NCBI GenBank assembly: GCA_963775425.1
Contig: CAVZJB010000016.1
Span: 608,001 to 672,000, forward strand
Source: an uncultured delta proteobacterium
GTDB lineage: Bacteria > Myxococcota > UBA727 > VGSZ01
Direction: 5' to 3'
Length of the DNA stretch: 64,000 bases
Each line of letters begins with the position of its first letter. Within the stretch, counting starts at the first letter, position 1. Made by a program: the position numbers and the translations under genes. Shown piece by piece: positions 56,679 through 64,000 of this stretch. The notes below the pieces were generated by a model. It had not been told where the DNA came from. It saw only the letters and a list, made by a program, of their open reading frames with translations, and did no database searches.

Positions 56679-56931
56679 AACTCAATGGGCTGTTTCGACG
56701 CGTCCTGGCGCAAGGTTGCTCCCCCCGGCCGGAGCCTTGTGCACCTCATTGCTCAACTTGCGCACTCACACCGTGCGCTACTTGATCAGGCCAATGACCG
56801 ATGTGGGCCCGCAGCCTCGATCTTGCGACCGGAGGGAGCGGCCCCGACGGAGGTTCCGCCCCCCTCCCGCGGGTGACGAAGCGCACGGCGTCGGCGGATC
56901 TGCCGATGGCGGCGCGGGAGGAGGAGAAACG

Positions 56932-57004
56932 CGTCCCCAGGGGGATTCGAACCCCCGTCACCGCCGTGAAAGGGCGATGTCCTAGGCCTCTAGACGATGG
57001 GGAC
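56932..57004 (-). tRNA. tRNA-Glu (anticodon UUC), CCA not encoded
   Basis: GTCCCCATCGTCTAGAGGCCTAGGACATCGCCCTTTCACGGCGGTGACGGGGGTTCGAATCCCCCTGGGGACG folds into a cloverleaf. Confidence 0.96.
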
Positions 57005-57047
57005 AGACGGCGTCCCCTACCGTGCGCGCTGGCGCATCGCAAGAGAG

Positions 57048-57340
57048 CTACGAGGGCCCCACCACCAGGGCCGCCACCACCGCCCGCAGCTCCTCGAGGT
57101 CGAAGCGCTTGTGCATCCGCGGGTTCTTCACGGTGCTGAGGAACGCGCTGGCGTCGACGATGCGGTTGCGCAGGTCGGGGGCACCCGGGCCCCGTGTCCG
57201 CCACCTCGATCAGCGCCCAGCCGTCGGCGCCGGTGCAGGTGGAGACGCGGATCTCAGCTCCATCGGCCGGCTCTCCTGCTCCCCGGCGCGACGACCGAAC
57301 ACCTTGAGGTCGCGAACGATGTCGCGCACGCCGCGCCCCC
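57048..57340 (-). pseudogene. Collapsed relic of a hybrid sensor histidine kinase
   Basis: Three fragments in three frames: VRDIVRDLKVFGR (HisKA end), EIRVST..LIEVADTGPG (G1 box), APDLRNRIV..FLSTVKNPRMHKRFDLEELRAVV* (receiver end). Confidence 0.75.
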
Positions 57341-57357
57341 CCGGACGCCGCCGGCGC

Positions 57358-58944
57358 TCAGAGGGTCACCCCGGGCGGCACAGGGACGATGAGGTCGACG
57401 CTGCGGTCGCCGGCGTCGCCCCGACCGTCGTTGGGTTGCCAGCCCGTCAGGAAGTCGACGACGCCGAGCGCCCGCCCGAGCGCCGCCGGCGGATCGTCGT
57501 CCGCGGCGAAGTCCACCGGCGACGTCGACAGCCGCAGGGTGCCGTTGTCGTCGTCCCAGATCTCGACGATGCGGAACTGGTGCGGGAAGTCCGCCAACGC
57601 GCTGGTCATGACCTCCCAGAAGGCGTGGCCGGGGTCGCCGCTCGCCGGGTCCACGGCCTGTTGGAGCATGATGCGGTTTCTGTGCGCGTGGCCGACCATG
57701 GAGAAGAGCACGTTGGGGTACGCCGCGAGGACCGCGCGCCAGTCGTCGCCGAGCAGCGCGTCGTCCTCGGCGACGCCGAAGGTGCCGCCGTCCGCGGTGA
57801 GCGACGACACCGCGTGGTGCGACGCGAGCACCACCACGCGCCCGCGCGCCTGGGCGTCGTCGAGCACGGGCAGGACGAAGCGTTCGACGTCGGCGCGCTG
57901 GAGCACGCCCTCGCCGCCGCCGCGCGCGTGGGTGGTGTCGAGCACCATGAACGTGATCGGCGCCCCCGGGACGTCGAACGAGTAGAACGCCTTCCCGCGC
58001 GCGCCCGCGTCGCTGGCGGCGAGCGCCTTGAGGCCGTGCCCGTCGCCGTCGCCGCCGACGAAGTCGAGGAGCGCGGGCCCGTCGAGCAGGCGGCGCTGCG
58101 GGTCCGCGATGATGCCGCCGCCGTCGACGACGACGCCGAGGCCGCCGCCGGAGTAGTCGCGGGTGCCGAACTGCGCCTCGCTGCCGACCGCGATGGCACG
58201 CTGGGTGTCGTCGATGGCGAACGTCCCTTGCACTGTGACGTCGTGGTTGCCGTTCACCCAGAACCACGGCACGTCGAGGCCGGCGGCGGCGAACGGGTCC
58301 TTGCCGTCGTCGGCGCCGGGGTCGATGTCGTCGTCGGCGCCGCTGTCGCACTCGACGCGGCCCGCGCCGTCGAGGATCTGCATCACCCAGCGGACCTCGT
58401 TCTCCTGCGCCGAGTCGCTGTTGTCGCCGCCGAGGAGGAGGAAGTCGACGGGGTCCTCGGCGTCGAGCGCGTTCACCGAGCGAACGGCGGCGTTGAGCAT
58501 GCGGCAGATGAGCGGGTCCTGCGGGCGGATGGCCGACGACACCGACGGCGAGTCGAAGTCGGCGGCGCGCGCCGGGCTCTCGTCGTCCATGAGCTGGATG
58601 TCCGCGAGGTGGACGAAGCGCACCAGGCGATGCGCGTTCGGCCCCGGCGGCGGCGCGTCGCTGCCGTCGACGGTGCGGACCACGACGTCGTCGCCGGGGC
58701 CCTCCGCGAGGGCGCCCTCGTCGTCGTCGAGGTAGGCGGGGAGGTTCTCGGGGAGCGCGGGGTTGGCGCCGCCGCCCGACGGCGCGTGCGCCGGCTGGAG
58801 GCTGCGCTCGCGCGCGGTGGGCGGCGCGGACGCGAGGGGCGGCAGCGGCACGAGCTGCGCAGGCGGCGCCGGCGTCTTCGCGCACGCGGCGAAGACGGCC
58901 GAGACGACGACGACGAACGCACGGGTGACGGGGGCGGACCGCAC
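57358..58944 (-). CDS. Calcineurin-like metallophosphoesterase lipoprotein
   Basis: DIQLMDDESPAR, GGDNSD, NGNHD, SHH, GHAH; lipobox FAAC; GTG start. Confidence 0.85.
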   Translation of the reverse strand: MRSAPVTRAFVVVVSAVFAACAKTPAPPAQLVPLPPLASAPPTARERSLQPAHAPSGGGANPALPENLPAYLDDDEGALAEGPGDDVVVRTVDGSDAPPPGPNAHRLVRFVHLADIQLMDDESPARAADFDSPSVSSAIRPQDPLICRMLNAAVRSVNALDAEDPVDFLLLGGDNSDSAQENEVRWVMQILDGAGRVECDSGADDDIDPGADDGKDPFAAAGLDVPWFWVNGNHDVTVQGTFAIDDTQRAIAVGSEAQFGTRDYSGGGLGVVVDGGGIIADPQRRLLDGPALLDFVGGDGDGHGLKALAASDAGARGKAFYSFDVPGAPITFMVLDTTHARGGGEGVLQRADVERFVLPVLDDAQARGRVVVLASHHAVSSLTADGGTFGVAEDDALLGDDWRAVLAAYPNVLFSMVGHAHRNRIMLQQAVDPASGDPGHAFWEVMTSALADFPHQFRIVEIWDDDNGTLRLSTSPVDFAADDDPPAALGRALGVVDFLTGWQPNDGRGDAGDRSVDLIVPVPPGVTL

Positions 58945-59067
58945 GCGCCGAGTCTGGCACCCCGCGCGACAAAAGGAAGTCCTGAGGAAGGCGGAGGACA
59001 TTGTCCGGGGGCGCACGACGTGAGCGCGCTCATCGACGACCCCGGCCCGTGCGATACCGTCTCGGCC

Positions 59068-59823
59068 GTGCTCGGCGTCGCCCTCGCCCTGGCCGCCTCC
59101 GCCGTCGTCCCCGCGGCGTCCCCCGCCGCGCCGCGCGTCCTCGTGCTCGACCTGCAGCGTGGCAACGGGGTGAACGCGGACGAGACAAAGACCGTCGGCG
59201 AGCTCGTGATCGCCGCGGTGTCGTCGCGCGCGTCCCTGACCGTCATCTCCCACGACGACATCCGCCAGCTCGCCGCGCTCGCCGCCGACAAGGTCGAGAC
59301 GGGCTGCGACGACAACGCCTGCCTGTCGGAGCTCGCCGGGGCGCTCGCCGCCGACTACGTCGTGAGCGGGCGCATCAGCCGGCTCGGCGACATCGTCGTC
59401 ATGCAGCTGTCGTTGTTCGATGGGAACAAGAACGCCGCCGCCGGCCGCGCCACCCGCAAGGTCGGCTCGGTGGGCGCGCTCGCCGACGAAGTCGACCCAG
59501 CGGTCGACGGTCTGCTCCGCGCCGCCGGCCTCGCGGACGACAGCCCGCCCGCGCACCGCGAGCGCGCGGCCACCTCGAGCGGGCCGCGCCCCATGGCGCT
59601 CGCCGGCGACGTCGTGCTCGGCGTCGCCGGCCTCGGCGCGCTGACGGCGGTGGGCGCGGGCGTGGTCGGCGAGCTCTCGCTGGGCCAGCCCGCGACCCTC
59701 ACGTCCGCGCAATACAAGGGCCGGCAGGGCCTGGCGCTCGCCGTCATGGGCGTCGCCGCGGCCGTCGCGGTCGCCGGCGGTGTCGGCGGCGGCGCGCTCG
59801 TCCTCGCGGGAGGCGGAGAATGA
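59068..59823 (+). CDS. Exported alpha/beta (CsgG/TolB-N-like) protein with C-terminal hydrophobic helix pair
   Basis: RVLVLDL, GCDDNACLSELAGALAADYVVSGRISRLG..FDG; paralog of 54079-54816. Confidence 0.75.
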   Translation: MLGVALALAASAVVPAASPAAPRVLVLDLQRGNGVNADETKTVGELVIAAVSSRASLTVISHDDIRQLAALAADKVETGCDDNACLSELAGALAADYVVSGRISRLGDIVVMQLSLFDGNKNAAAGRATRKVGSVGALADEVDPAVDGLLRAAGLADDSPPAHRERAATSSGPRPMALAGDVVLGVAGLGALTAVGAGVVGELSLGQPATLTSAQYKGRQGLALAVMGVAAAVAVAGGVGGGALVLAGGGE

Positions 59824-60527
59824 GAGCGGGTCTTTCGCTCTTGATCGTGGTCACCGGCCTGAGCGGGTGCCGCCTGTTTTCGACGACCATCCCGTGCGTC
59901 GACGACCGCGACTGCCCGAGCGACACCACCTGCCACCACGAGCGCTGCGCGACCGGCGAGGGCGAGGGCGAGGGCGAGGGCGGCGGCGAGGGAGAAGGGG
60001 ACCGGACCCCCTGCACCGCCGACGGCGACTGCGCGCTGTCGCAGGCGTGCGCGAGCGACGTCTGCCTCGATCGATGCAACAGCGACGCGGACTGCGGCGC
60101 CGACGAGCGCTGCGCGGTCTTCGGCTTCATCAACACGGACCTGCTGTGCGCCCCCGGCTGCCGCATCGACGACGCCGGCAACGACAACTGCGGCGCCGGC
60201 GACATCTGCAGCGCGGGCACGCGTCAGTGTGTCAGCGCGCAGCCGTCGCCCCGCGGCCAGGACGGCCTGTGCGCGCGGGACGTCGAGTGCCAGCAGCCGC
60301 TGCGATGCTTCATCCTCGACGGCGAGACGCGCGGCGCCTGCACGGAGACCTGCAGCGACGACCTGTGCTTCGGCGCCGACTTCGAGACCAACAACTGCTG
60401 CGCAACCTCGGGGTTGAACGCCTGCGCCCTCGATTTCTGCACCGAGCAATGCAACGACAACGATTGCCCCAACTGCTGCTTCCTCACGGGCTTCTCCCAG
60501 TGCCTCGGCGGCAACTGCGCCCCGTAG
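59820..60527 (+). CDS. Lipoprotein: 4-Cys module, (GE)n linker, Cys-rich repeats
   Basis: ATG overlapping the upstream TGA; lipobox LSGC; CVDDRDCPSDTTCHHERC. Confidence 0.8.
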   Translation: MRAGLSLLIVVTGLSGCRLFSTTIPCVDDRDCPSDTTCHHERCATGEGEGEGEGGGEGEGDRTPCTADGDCALSQACASDVCLDRCNSDADCGADERCAVFGFINTDLLCAPGCRIDDAGNDNCGAGDICSAGTRQCVSAQPSPRGQDGLCARDVECQQPLRCFILDGETRGACTETCSDDLCFGADFETNNCCATSGLNACALDFCTEQCNDNDCPNCCFLTGFSQCLGGNCAP

Positions 60528-60580
60528 AGCACCGATCAGGTTGCCGCGAGCGTTGGGACGCGGCTCAGCGTGATGGGCGA

Positions 60581-60604
60581 GCGGGGAGCGGGCACGCTCC
60601 CCGC
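60581..60604. terminator. Hairpin between convergent genes
   Basis: GCGGGGAGCG-GGCA-CGCTCCCCGC. Confidence 0.5.
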
Positions 60605-60634
60605 GTACCGCCGGTGACGCGCCCTGCCGCGACG

Positions 60635-60675
60635 CAAAATACACAGCGCGCCCCGGGGGCACCGGGGCGCGCTGT
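60635..60675 (-). terminator. Intrinsic terminator-like hairpin, near-identical to the rpoC terminator
   Basis: ACAGCGCGCCCCGG-GGGCA-CCGGGGCGCGCTGT with TATTTT tail on the minus strand. Confidence 0.7.
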
Positions 60676-60692
60676 CCTCTCGCCGGGTTTCT

Positions 60693-62225
60693 TCAAGCGC
60701 GGCGGCGGCGGCGACGGCAGGCGATGAGGAACATCAAGCACGCCACCGGGACGCCCGCGGGCTTCGCGGCCGCGCAGCCGCCGGCCTCGCCTGCGTCGCT
60801 GCCGGCGTCACTGCCGGCGTCTCCCTGATCGGCGGGGACGTGATGCAGTCCACCGGCCCCGGGGGCGCCGTCGTCGGCCGCGCCCGTGTCGCCGCCGTTC
60901 GCCGGGTCGGTGGCGCCGTCGTCGGCCGCGGGGTCGCTCGCCGCGTCGCCGGCAGGGTCGGTCGACGGGGCGCTGGAGGCGTCGTTCGCGGGGTCGCCGG
61001 CGGGGTCGGTGGCGCTGTCGTTGGAGGGATCGTTTTCCGGGTCGGTCGCCGTGTCGTTCGAGCCCTCCGGCGAGGTCACGGCGCCTTCGCCTTCGCCCTC
61101 GCCCTCGCCGGCCGGCGCCGGGAGCGCGTCGAACGTGGCGTCGATGTGCAGCGCGCCCGAGACGGTGACGGAGGCGGTGTCGCCGTCGACGAGGGTGCCG
61201 TTCACGCGCATCTCGACGAGCTCGTTGCCGGGCGCGGGGACGGCGGCGAAGGTGACCTCAGTGCGGTCGGCGTAGGTGTTCCCCACGGACGGCACCGACG
61301 CGACGATGCTGCCCGCGCCGGTGACGGTCTGCGAGTACAGGAAGCGCGGCGGTGCGAAGGTGTGGAAGTGCTGGATGGCGCCGGCGGTGACCGAGGCGCT
61401 TCCGTCCATCTGGTACGAGAAGCGGAAGTCGTAGTCGGTGTCGGGCAGGAGGTCCTCGAGCTGCTCGTCGACGTTGTTCTCGAACTGGTCGGCGTCGAGG
61501 TGGGCCTGGTCGACGACGGCGAGGTGCTCGTTCGCCGGCGCCACCTCGAGGCGCACCGTGCCCGCGTTGAAGTGCGGGTCGACGTAGCCGTGCACGTGCG
61601 CGACGTAGGAGCCGAGGCCGGTGACCTCGAGGCCCGTGGGGTAGCTGACCGACGGCGGGTTCAAGAACACCGTCACCGGCACCGTGGGGTGAAGCGCGCT
61701 GCGCTGGAAGTCGAAGGCGGCGAAGTCCACGGAGCCGACGAGCTGCCCGGTGGACACCGCGCGGCCGCGCACGGGGATGTCGATCTGGAGCTGCTGCTGG
61801 TCGGGGATCTGCCACAGGCCGCTCGGCGCGTCGAAGATGAGCGTGCCGTCGGCGGCCACCTGCGTCGGCGCCGACGGGCAGGTGCGCTGCGTCATGTGGC
61901 CGGGCGCGCCCATGAAGCACTGGGTGGGCGTGGAGCCGGCGCCGGTGGTGGGCGCGAGCTCGAGGCCGGGCGGCAGCTTGAAGCCGGGGCGCACCGTGAG
62001 CGAGGTGCCGCAGGGCTGCGGGAACGCGAGGACGTTGATGTAGACGTAGAACACGTCGCCCTGCTTGGGCGACTGCGTGCCGGCGGCGTAGGCGGTGCCG
62101 ACGTTGGCGGCGACCACCATGGTCTCCGCGCTCGTGATGACCGAGAAGCAGCCTTCGCTGTCGACGTAGTTGCCTTCGACGAACTGGGTGGCGAGGCCGA
62201 GGGCGAGGAGGGGGGCGATGAACAT
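60693..62225 (-). CDS. Secreted surface protein with Ig/FN3-like domains and MYXO-CTERM-like tail
   Basis: N-terminal signal; LLPDTDYDFRF FN3-like; GEGEGEG and DPA linker; GGCAA..hydrophobic..RRRRRR C-terminus. Confidence 0.8.
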   Translation of the reverse strand: MFIAPLLALGLATQFVEGNYVDSEGCFSVITSAETMVVAANVGTAYAAGTQSPKQGDVFYVYINVLAFPQPCGTSLTVRPGFKLPPGLELAPTTGAGSTPTQCFMGAPGHMTQRTCPSAPTQVAADGTLIFDAPSGLWQIPDQQQLQIDIPVRGRAVSTGQLVGSVDFAAFDFQRSALHPTVPVTVFLNPPSVSYPTGLEVTGLGSYVAHVHGYVDPHFNAGTVRLEVAPANEHLAVVDQAHLDADQFENNVDEQLEDLLPDTDYDFRFSYQMDGSASVTAGAIQHFHTFAPPRFLYSQTVTGAGSIVASVPSVGNTYADRTEVTFAAVPAPGNELVEMRVNGTLVDGDTASVTVSGALHIDATFDALPAPAGEGEGEGEGAVTSPEGSNDTATDPENDPSNDSATDPAGDPANDASSAPSTDPAGDAASDPAADDGATDPANGGDTGAADDGAPGAGGLHHVPADQGDAGSDAGSDAGEAGGCAAAKPAGVPVACLMFLIACRRRRRRA

Positions 62226-62260
62226 GGCGGTGTTCTCCGTTCGGGTGGTGCGCGCAGGAA

Positions 62261-62276
62261 CGCAGGCCCCGTGCCG
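62261..62276 (-). promoter_or_regulatory. Possible sigma54 promoter
   Basis: CGGCACGGGGCCTGCG = GG-N10-GC, 35 nt upstream of ATG 62225; weaker match in GC-rich DNA. Confidence 0.4.
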
Positions 62277-62354
62277 CGCCGCCGCCGCGTCCGGACGCGA
62301 AGCTTCCCCCTCGGCCCCGTTCCAGGGTGAAACGCCGTTCCTCCGGAACGCGGC

Positions 62355-63449
62355 TCAGGCCCAGACGCCGGCCGCCGCTTCGCCCTGCCCGGGCCCGCAC
62401 GGCAGGTCGCGCCCCTCGGCGCGCAGGACGCGGCGCGCCTCGAGCAGGCACCGTGCCGCGTCGGAGCTCGGCTCCACCTGACCGGTGTGGGCGTGCACCG
62501 CGTCGACGACCGCCAGCGGCAAGCCCCACATGCCGAGGAGGTACGCGCCGACCTCCGCGTGACACGCCCCGTAGCGCGCGCGCTCCTCGTCGCAGCTCCG
62601 CTCCCGCCGGAGCCCGCTGTCACCGGGGAACGCGTGCTGCAGCACGAGCCACCCCACCTCCTGCAGGAGCGCCGCCCACGACGCGTCGCGCGCGGTCTCC
62701 CGCGTGCCGGCGAGGGCCCTCCCCACGCGCGCGGCGTCGACGCAGCTCGCCTCCACCTCCGCGATGGCCGCGGCGTTGTTGTCCGAGCGCATGAGGTCGA
62801 ACATCGACGAGCAGAGCAGGAGGCCCCGCGCGAAGTCGAGCCCCAACACCCCGAGCGCCCCCTCGACGTCACAGGACCGCGCCGCGGAGCCGACATAGTC
62901 CGACGTGGCGATCTGAAGGAGCTTCGCGCACATCGCGGGCGAGCGCTCGACGATCTGCGCCAGCGCAGCCGCGGAGAGGGTCGGCTGGCCGATGAGCGTC
63001 GTCAGGCGCTGGTACTCCCTCTCGAGCATCGGGACGCTGCTCAGCCCGCCGACGATGGTGCGGAGGCGCTCGTCGGTGAGCACGCGCCGCTGACGGGCGG
63101 CGCGCTCGATGGTGCGCTCGAGCGTGGCGCCGTCGCAGGGCTTGCTGAGGAACTGGTGCGCCACCATGAACGCCTTGGCCATGGACTCGTTCTCGGAGTG
63201 CCCGCTCAGGATGATGCGGATGATGCCCGGCGCCCGCTCCTTCACCGCCGCCAGCAGCTCGACGCCGCTCATCCCCGGCATGCGCATGTCGCTGATGATG
63301 ATGTCGAAGGGCGCCCGCGCGATCTCGGCGAGGGCGGCGTCGGCGCCGCACGCGAAGACCATGTCCCACTCCGCGCGACGCCGGCGCAGGACGTTCTTGA
63401 GCCCGCGCAGGACCATCTCCTCGTCGTCGACGAACAGCACACGAATCAT
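62355..63449 (-). CDS. Response regulator with HDOD domain
   Basis: VLFVDDE, ISDMRMPGMSG, FLSKP; PAMCAKLLQIA, HAEVGAYLLGMWGLP. Confidence 0.92.
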   Translation of the reverse strand: MIRVLFVDDEEMVLRGLKNVLRRRRAEWDMVFACGADAALAEIARAPFDIIISDMRMPGMSGVELLAAVKERAPGIIRIILSGHSENESMAKAFMVAHQFLSKPCDGATLERTIERAARQRRVLTDERLRTIVGGLSSVPMLEREYQRLTTLIGQPTLSAAALAQIVERSPAMCAKLLQIATSDYVGSAARSCDVEGALGVLGLDFARGLLLCSSMFDLMRSDNNAAAIAEVEASCVDAARVGRALAGTRETARDASWAALLQEVGWLVLQHAFPGDSGLRRERSCDEERARYGACHAEVGAYLLGMWGLPLAVVDAVHAHTGQVEPSSDAARCLLEARRVLRAEGRDLPCGPGQGEAAAGVWA

Positions 63450-64000
63450 GCCGCTCTCCTCTCGATGCTCTGCGCCGGCAAGCGCACGTGGAACGTGGTC
63501 CCCGCTCCCGCGGCGGTCTCGAAGGTGATCGTGCCCCCGTGCTTCTCGACCACGGCCTTGGCGATGGCGAGCCCCTGGCCGGTCCCGCGGCCGACGCTCT
63601 TCGTGGTGAAGAAGGGCTCGAAGATGCGCGGCTGCACGGCGTCGGGGATCCCGGTGCCGGTGTCCGCGATGGAGACGACGACCGCTTCTCCGTCGAACAC
63701 CGTGGACACGCGAATGGTGCCGCGTGGTCGCTCGCCGCCCGGCGCCGCGCTGTCGGCGATGGCGTGGGCGGCGTTCACGAGCAGGTTCAGGAAGACCTGG
63801 TTGATCTCGCCTGCGTTGCACGGGACCAGGGGGACGTCGCCGGCGACGCGCTCGACGTCGGCAACGTACTTGATCTCGTTGTGCGCGATCGTGATGGTGG
63901 AGTCGAGCTCCTCGTTCAGGTCGACGAGCTTGCGCTGTTCGCCGTCGGGGTGAGCGAAGCGCTTCACGGAGCGCACGATCTCGGCGACGCGCTCGAGGCC
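63446..64000 (-). CDS. Sensor histidine kinase (5' part outside the window)
   Basis: NQVFLNLLVNAAHA, DTGTGI, FEPFFTTK, GTGQGLAI. Confidence 0.93.
   Translation of the reverse strand, partial: GLERVAEIVRSVKRFAHPDGEQRKLVDLNEELDSTITIAHNEIKYVADVERVAGDVPLVPCNAGEINQVFLNLLVNAAHAIADSAAPGGERPRGTIRVSTVFDGEAVVVSIADTGTGIPDAVQPRIFEPFFTTKSVGRGTGQGLAIAKAVVEKHGGTITFETAAGAGTTFHVRLPAQSIERRAA

Noticed and set aside
56706-56720. Plus-strand TGGCGCAAGGTTGCT as a sigma54 promoter
   Set aside because: GG-to-GC spacing is 9 nt rather than the required 10, and no plus-strand gene follows.
56932-57004. tRNA-Glu as an integration site for an island or prophage
   Set aside because: No integrase, no duplicated tRNA 3' end seen in the window, and no compositional shift in flanking genes.

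Overview
High-GC chromosomal segment whose gene content (tgl-like locus, MXAN_5187-type protein, MYXO-CTERM-like tail, DUF4388-type proteins, FHA-GAF adenylate cyclase, Ser/Thr kinases) points to a Myxococcota/deltaproteobacterial genome. It holds about 52 CDSs, one tRNA-Glu and no recognisable CRISPR, prophage or IS. Core genes are rpoB, rpoC, ihfB, thrC, recO, coaD, rsmD, a trpG/pabA-type amidotransferase, an aminotransferase and fatty-acid beta-oxidation genes. Main points of interest: (1) a family of six lipoproteins sharing a 4-Cys N-terminal module, mostly followed by an acidic (GE)n/DDAG linker and a variable C-terminal cargo, two of which are translationally coupled to paralogous exported partner proteins, a candidate two-gene surface-display system; (2) rpoB-rpoC detached from both flanking ribosomal-protein operons, with an unknown 147-aa gene and a 23-bp duplication between the subunits; (3) a hybrid histidine kinase collapsed to a three-frame ~300-bp relic beside tRNA-Glu; (4) a class II aldolase-like pseudoenzyme; (5) a frameshifted MXAN_5187-type gene; (6) a near-identical hairpin repeated 50 kb apart; (7) AT-rich intragenic palindromes upstream of tgl. 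All family assignments come from motif recognition by eye; no database search was run, and many start codons were re-picked manually.
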